Below are positions 55,289 through 64,000 of a stretch of DNA of 64,000 bases, one piece after another (within the stretch, counting starts at the first letter, position 1; each line of letters begins with the position of its first letter). The position numbers were made by a program, and so were the translations under genes. The notes under the pieces were generated by a model. That model saw only the letters and a list, made by a program, of their open reading frames with translations. It was not told the DNA's origin and ran no database searches. Source of the stretch: the human T2T-CHM13v2.0 reference genome, Homo sapiens; the NCBI RefSeq assembly GCF_009914755.1, contig NC_060938.1, one strand, 5' to 3'.

Positions 55289-58200
55289 TTTTTTTTTTTT
55301 TTAAGCGCAACGCAACATGTCTGCCTTATTTGAGTGGCTTCCTATATCATTATAATTGTGTTATAGATGAAGAAACGGTATTAAACACTGTGCTAATGAT
55401 AGTGAAAGTGAAGACAAAAGAAAGGCTATCTATTTTGTGGTTAGAATAAAGTTGCTCAGTATTTAGAGCTACCTAAATACGTCAGCATTTACACTCTTCC
55501 TAGTAAAAGCTGGCCAATCTGAATAATCCTCCTTTAAACAAACACAATTTTTGATAGGGTTAAGATTTTTTTAAGAATGCGACTCCTGCAAAATAGCTGA
55601 ACAGACGATACACATTTAAAAAAATAACAACACAAGGATCAACCAGACTTGGGAAAAAATCGAAAACCACACAAGTCTTATGAAGAACTGAGTTCTTAAA
55701 ATAGGACGGAGAACGTAGCTATCGGAAGAGAAGGCAGTATTGGCAAGTTGATTGTTACGTTGGTCAGCAGTAGCTGGCACTATCTTTTTGGCCATCTTTC
55801 GGGCAATGTAACTACTACAGCAAAATGAGATATGATCCATTAAACAACATATTCGCAAATCAAAAAGTGTTTCAGTAATATAATGCTTCAGATTTAGAAG
55901 CAAATCAAATGATAGAACTCCACTGCTGTAATAAGTCACCCCAAAGATCACCGTATCTGACAAAATAACTACCACAGGGTTATGACTTCAGAATCATACT
56001 TTCTCTTGATATTTACTTATGTATGTATTTATTTTTTTTAATTTATTTCTCTTGAGACGGCGTCTCGCTCTGTCGCCCAGGCTGGAGTGCGATGGTGTGA
56101 TCTCGGCTCACTGCAACCGCCACCTCCCTGGGTTCAAGCGATTCTCCTGCCTCAGCCTCCCGAGTAGCTGGGACTACAGGTGCCCGCCACCACGCCCAGC
56201 TAATCTTTATACTTTTAATAGAGACGGGGTTTCACCGTGTCGGCCCGGATGGTCTCGATCTCTTGACCTCGTGACCCGCCCGCCTCGGCCTCCCAAAGTG
56301 CTGGGATGACAGGCGTGAGCCACTGAGCCCGGCCTTCTCTTGACGTTTAAACTATGAAGTCAGTCCAGAGAAACGCAATAAATGTCAACGGTGAGGATGG
56401 TGTTGAGGCAGAAGTAGGACCACACTTTTTCCTATCTTATTCAGTTGATAACAATATGACCTAGGTAGTAATTTCCTATGTGCCTACTTATACACGAGTA
56501 CAAAAGAGTAAAACAGAGAGACTGCTAAATTAAAGGGTACGTGAAGTTCTTCATAGTAACTCCGTAAACTGGAACACTGTCAAAAAGCAGCAGCTAGTGA
56601 ATTGTTTCCATGTATTTTTCTATGATCCAATAAGTGAACTATGCTATTCCTTTCCAGTCTCCCAAGCACTTCTTGTCCCCATCACCACTTCGGTGCTCGA
56701 AGAAAAAGTAACAAATCAAGGAACACAACTAAAGAAACACACACACAAACCAAAGACAACTACAGCGTCTGCAAAAGTTTGCTAGAAGACTGAAACTGTT
56801 GAGTATAAGGATCTGGTATTCTACGATCATGAGTTCACTTCAGAGTTTGTTCAAGACATACGTTTCGTAAGGAAACATCTTAGTTAGAAGTTATTCAGCA
56901 GTAGGTACCATCCCTAAGTATTTTTCACCAAATTCGTGACAATAAAGAGCTATCTAACCAGAAAAATTAGCGAGTACCGGCACCATCCATAGGGCTTTGT
57001 CTTTACGCTTCATTAGCACTTACCATGCCTTACAATGTCTAGGATTGACCCTGATAGCATTTCGAAAACAAGCTAATGCTTTGTCCAGTTCTTCAGTGAA
57101 GACAAGCTCACGCCCTAATGCGCTATAGGCATAAGCATCATTTGGATCCACTTCGAGAGTTCTCTGGAAGAATTGAATCGCAATATCGTGTTCCCGTTGC
57201 AGACCGAAACAGTTCCCTGCAGCACACCAGGCCTCTGGCTGGCGAATTTTTATCCATGTCTGTGAAGTCTTTGGACAGAACTGAAAGAGCAACCTCTTTC
57301 GGAGGATGCCAAAGTGTTGTAGAGTAGATCTCCATGCCTTCGACTCTGTAATTCTCAATCCTCCTAACCTCTGAGAATTGTCTTTCAGCTTGCGTGGACT
57401 CTGAAAGTTTACAATAGGCCCTTCCGATTTGGCACAGTACCCAACCGGTATTGCAGTGGTGAGAAGCTAGATGGCTCAAGATGCTGATAGCTTCTTTGCC
57501 GTGGTAAGAACACAAAGCTAAATAACCTTTCCCCCTTTCACGAAGAAGGCTCATCAAGCCTTCCGCTGCTGCTTTTTGTAGATTAAAAGCCTGAATCTGA
57601 GGCGCGATTGCGGCTATTTTCCCTTCTGAAATGACGGAAGAGTCCAATTTTGTCACTTCCAGGCTATCACTTATGTTCGGTGGAGTTATTGCTCCTTTAT
57701 TAGTTTTACTTTTGGTTCTTCTGTTTGGGATTTTAGGTGGAAACTTCATTTTTAATTTTCTCCTATTCTCCTCGGTTGTGGAGCTGTCACTAGTCAAGAG
57801 TCGTGAATTTCTTCGAGGCGGTGCATTTGGGGGAGATGCCATAGTGGGGCTCAATACCTGAGGTGTTGCCCTTGTCGGCGGACCAGAACTTTGTGTTTTT
57901 GCAAGGACTGGAGTTACCTTTCGGCTCTTTCCCCTCTGCGAGAAGACAGACGGTGTTCCGGTTTGGCCGATTCTGGCAACAGGCTTTTTTGAAGGGGCTC
58001 CGGTGGATGGCACGTCAATGACAGACGGTGTCTCATACCAGTGCAGTTTTGTCAATAGGGTCCGTCTCCGGGACTTGGGGTTTCTAATGGCAAAATGCCA
58101 ACACTTGGGGTTAATGGACTAACAGCTGCTGGTCCTCCTAATAAACTTCGACCAGTTTTTGGTTTATGTTGAACCTGTTTAGATCATATGGAAGTTCCTG

Positions 58201-59083
58201 TTCCCAGTGGGACAGTATCAGGTGAAAGGACAGCTGAATCGATAGAAGACACTGGGGAGTCTGTATTCAAGGAGTACTTTGAATTGGAAGATTCTAAATT
58301 CCATCCGTTTCATTCGACGGTGTCCTGGGGTGTTTCCGTAAGAACGGTCTCGGGCTGTCTGTGACATAAACTAGGACGAGGTCCAAGTGTTGTGGCGCAA
58401 CACTTGGACAGGCAGTTGCTAAAGCTCTCTAGAGAGGTGAATCAAAATGTTTGGTCAGGATCTGGCTTTTCCCCCCTATTTCACATCATGATTCAAAGGG
58501 ACACCAGAGGAAAGGATTTCAACGAAGGCTCTTTTGGTCACATTCTGATCCTTTGGTAAGCCGATCTGTCTTGCAATATACATGTCCCGACGATGGAAGG
58601 GGAAAGCGAGCTGAATCACCAAACTCAGGAACGATAATATCATCGTGGCTTTTCTGCTTATGAAACACTCCACCCGATAAGATTTGATCCCCTTCTGCAA
58701 GCTTGCTGAGATCAACACAACATTTCGCAAGCAGGCATTTGCATTGCGGGGTAGTACAACTGTGTCCTTTCAAGAGTCTATATGTTTTATAGGCCTTTCC
58801 TGAGCGGTAAGAACAGGTCGCCAGTAAGAACAAGGCTTCTTCTGAGTGTACTTCTGCATAAAGGCGTTCTGCGGGGGAAACCGCATCTCGGTAGGCATAG
58901 TGGTTTAGTGCTTGCCATATAGCAGCCTGGACGGGTCCCTGCAGCACCGCCATCCTCGAGGCTCAGGCCCACTTTCTGCAGTGCCACAGGCACCCCCCCC
59001 CCCCCCATAGCGGCTCCGGCCCGGCCAGCCTCGGCTCATTTAAAGGCACCAGCCGCCGTTACCGGGGGATGGGGGAGTCCGAG
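55289..59083 (-). pseudogene. CDC27P: CDC27 processed pseudogene, next unit
   Basis: Same ORF fragments offset by 44,272. Confidence 0.95.
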
Positions 59084-59873
59084 ACAGAATGACTTCTTTA
59101 TCCTGCTGACTCTGGAAAGCCCGGCGCCTTGTGATCCATTGCAAACCGAGAGTCACCTCGTGTTTAGAACACGGATCCACTCCCAAGTTCAGTGGGGGGA
59201 TGTGAGGGGTGTGGCAGGTAGGACGAAGGACTCTCTTCCTTCTGATTCGGTCTGCACAGTGGGGCCTAGGGCTGGAGCTCTCTCCGTGCGGACCGCTGAC
59301 TCCCTCTACCTTGGGTTCCCTCGGCCCCACCCTGGAACGCCGGGCCTTGGCAGATTCTGGCCCTTCCTGGCCCTTCAGTCGCTGTCAGAAACCCCATCTC
59401 ATGCTCGGATGCCCCGAGTGACTGTGGCTCGCACCTCTCCGGAAACATTGGAAATCTCTCCTCTACGCGCGGCCACCTGAAACCACAGGAGCTCGGGACA
59501 CACGTGCTTTCGGGAGAGAATGCTGAGAGTCTCTTGCCGACTCTCTCTTGACTTGAGTTCTTCGTGGGTGCGTGGTTAAGACGTAGTGAGACCAGATGTA
59601 TTAACTCAGGCCGGGTGCTGGTGGCTCACGCCTGTAACCCCAACACTTTGGGAGGCCGAGGCCGTAGGATCCCTCGAGGAATCGCCTAACCCTGGGGAGG
59701 TTGAGGTTGCAGTGAGTGAGCCATAGTTGTGTCACTGTGCTCCAGTCTGGGCGAAAGACAGAATGAGGCCCTGCCACAGGCAGGCAGGCAGGCAGGCAGG
59801 CAGAAAGACAACAGCTGTATTATGTTCTTCTCAGGGTAGGAAGCAAAAATAACAGAATACAGCACTTAATTAA

Positions 59874-59996
<123 letters not shown>

Positions 59997-60218
59997 TGAG
60001 TAGCTGGGATTACAGGGAGGAGCCACCACACCCAGCTGATTTTGTATTGTTAGTAGAGACGGCATTTCTCCATGTGGGTCAGGCTGGTCTCGAACTGGCG
60101 ACCCCAGTGGATCTGCCCGCCCCGGCCTCCCAAAGTGCTGGGGTGACAGGCGTGAGCCATCGTGACTGGCCGGCTACGTTTATTTATTTATTTTTTTAAT
60201 TATTTTACTTTTTTTTAG

Positions 60219-60477
<259 letters not shown>

Positions 60478-61731
60478 TAGCCAGGATGGTCTCGATCTCC
60501 TGACCCCGTGATCCGTCCACCTCGGCCTCCCAAAGTGCTGGGATGACAGGCGTGAGCCACCGCCCCCGGCCTATTTATCTATTTATTAACTTTGAGTCCA
60601 GGTTATGAAACCAGTTAGTTTTTGTAATTTTTTTTTTTTTTTTTTTTTTTTTGAGACGAGGTTTCACCGTGTTGCCAAGGCTTGGACCGAGGGATCCACC
60701 GGCCCTCGGCCTCCCAAAAGTGCGGGGATGACAGGCGCGAGCCTACCGCGCCCGGACCCCCCCTTTCCCCTTCCCCCGCTTGTCTTCCCGACAGACAGTT
60801 TCACGGCAGAGCGTTTGGCTGGCGTGCTTAAACTCATTCTAAATAGAAATTTGGGACGTCAGCTTCTGGCCTCACGGACTCTGAGCCGAGGAGTCCCCTG
60901 GTCTGTCTATCACAGGACCGTACACGTAAGGAGGAGAAAAATCGTAACGTTCAAAGTCAGTCATTTTGTGATACAGAAATACACGGATTCACCCAAAACA
61001 CAGAAAGCAGTCTTTTAGAAATGGCCTTAGCCCTGGTGTCCGTGCCAGTGATTCTTTTCGGTTTGGACCTTGACTGAGAGGATTCCCAGTCGGTCTCTCG
61101 TCTCTGGACGGAAGTTCCAGATGATCCGATGGGTGGGGGACTTAGGCTGCGTCCCCCCAGGAGCCCTGGTCGATTAGTTGTGGGGATCGCCTTGGAGGGC
61201 GCGGTGACCCACTGTGCTGTGGGAGCCTCCATCCTTCCCCCCACCCCCTCCCCAGGGGATCCCAATTCATTCCGGGCTGACACGCTCACTGGCAGGCGTC
61301 GGGCATCACCTAGCGGTCACTGTTACTCTGAAAACGGAGGCCTCACAGAGGAAGGGAGCACCAGGCCGCCTGCGCACAGCCTGGGGCAACTGTGTCTTCT
61401 CCACCGCCCCCGCCCCCACCTCCAAGTTCCTCCCTCCCTTGTTGCCTAGGAAATCGCCACTTTGACGACCGGGTCTGATTGACCTTTGATCAGGCAAAAA
61501 CGAACAAACAGATAAATAAATAAAATAACACAAAAGTAACTAACTAAATAAAATAAGTCAATACAACCCATTACAATACAATAAGATACGATACGATAGG
61601 ATGCGATAGGATACGATAGGATACAATACAATACGATACGATACAATACAATACAATACAATACAATACAATACAATACAATACAATACAATACAATACA
61701 ATACGCCGGGCGCGGTGGCTCATGCCTGTCA

Positions 61732-61983
<252 letters not shown>

Positions 61984-62243
61984 TCAAAAATAAATACATA
62001 AATAAATACATACATACATACATACATACATACATAAATTAAAATAAATAAATAAAATAAAATAAATAAATGGGCCCTGCGCGGTGGCTCAAGCCTGTCA
62101 TCCCCTCACTTTGGGAGGCCAAGGCCGGTGGATCAAGAGGCGGTCAGACCAACAGGGCCAGTATGGTGAAACCCCGTCTCTACTCACAATACACAACATT
62201 AGCCGGGCGCTGTGCTGTGCTGTACTGTCTGTAATCCCAGCTA

Positions 62244-62537
<294 letters not shown>

Positions 62538-63233
62538 TTAACTTCATTTTATGTTATTATCATGATTGATGTTTCGAGACGGAGTCTCGGAGGCCCGCCC
62601 TCCCTGGTTGCCCAGACAACCCCGGGAGACAGACCCTGGCTGGGCCCGATTGTTCTTCTCCTTGGTCAGGGGTTTCCTTGTCTTTCTTCGTGTCTTTAAC
62701 CCGCGTGGACTCTTCCGCTCGGGTTTGACAGATGGCAGCTCCACTTTAGGCCTTGTTGTTGTTGGGGACTTTCCTGATTCTCCCCAGATGTAGTGAAAGC
62801 AGGTAGATTTGCCTTGCCTGGACTTGCCTGGCCTTGCCTTTTCTTTCTTTCTTTCTTTATTACTTTCTCTTTTTCTTCTTCTTCTTCTTCTTCTTCTTCT
62901 TCTTCTTCTTCTTCTTCTTCTTCTTCTTCTTCTTCTTCTTCTTTTTTTTTTTGAGACAGAGTTTCACTCTTGTTGCCCAGGCTAGAGGGCAATGGTGCGA
63001 TCTCGGCTCACCGCACCCTCCGCCTCCCAGGTTCAAGCGATTCTCCTGCCTCAGCCTCCTGATTAGCTGGGATTACAGGCATGGGCCACCGTGCCTGGCT
63101 GATGTTTGTACTTTTAGTAGAGACGGTGTTTTTCCATGTTGGTCAGGCTGGTCTCCCACTCCCAACCTCAGGTGGTCCGCCTGCCTTAGCCTCCCAAAGT
63201 GCTGGGATGACAGGCGTGAGCCACCGCGCCCAG

Positions 63234-63282
<49 letters not shown>

Positions 63283-63929
63283 CGCTTGCTTGCTTGCTTT
63301 CGTGCTTTCTTGCTTTCCCGTTTTCTTGCTTTCTTTCTTTCTTTCGTTTCTTTCATGCTTGCTTTCTTGCTTGCTTGCTTGCTTTCGTGCTTTCTTGCTT
63401 TCCTGTTTTCTTTTTCTTTCTTTCTTTCTTTCTTTCTTTTGTTTCTTTCTTGCTTGCTTTCTTGCTTGCTTGCTTGCTTTCGTGCTTTCTTGCTTTCCTG
63501 TTTTCTTTCTTTCTTTCTTTCTTTTGTTTCTTTCTTGCTTGCTTTCTTGCTTGCTTGCTTTCGTGCTGTCTTGTTTTCTCGATTTCTTTCTTTCTTTTGT
63601 TTCTTTCCTGCTTGCTTTCTTGCTTGATTGCTTTCGTGCTTTCTTGCTTTCTTGTTTTCTTTCTTTCTTTTGTTTCTTTCTTTCTTGCTTCCTTGTTTTC
63701 TTGCTTTCTTGCTTGCTTGCTTTCGTGCTTTCTTGTTTTCTTGCTTTCTTTCTTTTGTTTCTTTCTTGCTTGCTTTCTTGCTTCCTTGTTTTCTTGCTTT
63801 CTTGCTTGCTTGCTTTCGTGCTTTCTTTCTTGCTTTCTTTTCTTTCTTTCTTTTCTTTTTCTTTCTTTCTTGCTTTCTTTTCTTTCATTCATTCATTCTT
63901 TCTTTCTTTCCTTTCTTTCTTTCTTTCTT

Positions 63930-63972
<43 letters not shown>

Positions 63973-64000
63973 GTTTCGTCCTTTTGAGACAGAGTTTCAC

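Overview
Human ribosomal DNA array, about 1.45 tandem units with a period of 44,272 bp. Positions 1-21982 are the distal intergenic spacer (IGS) of one unit. One complete 47S/45S Pol I transcription unit follows on the + strand: TSS 21983, 5'ETS, 18S 25621-27489, ITS1, 5.8S 28561-28717, ITS2, 28S 29886-34970, 3'ETS. After it come the Sal-box terminators, two R repeats and the next IGS; 44273-64000 appears to repeat 1-19728 exactly. The IGS contains two Long/Butterfly repeats (each an L1 3' fragment, a head-to-head Alu pair and a CT-rich block), about 20 further Alus or fragments, the CDC27 retro-pseudogene, the RGC p53 element, CTCF motifs, the spacer promoter/terminator and many microsatellites. 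There is no credible protein-coding gene; the long ORFs are low-complexity or GC-rich artefacts. I found no wholly new system. The best leads are: (1) the CDC27 retrocopy appears to be a TSD-bounded copy of an intron-terminated (intronic polyA) transcript; (2) a dispersed CTCF + X-box-like cassette is repeated across the IGS; (3) a TAA>TCA change recurs across independent Alu and L1 insertions; (4) there is an A>G change at +7 of the conserved Pol I initiator. Comparisons with reference sequences are from memory and need alignment to confirm.
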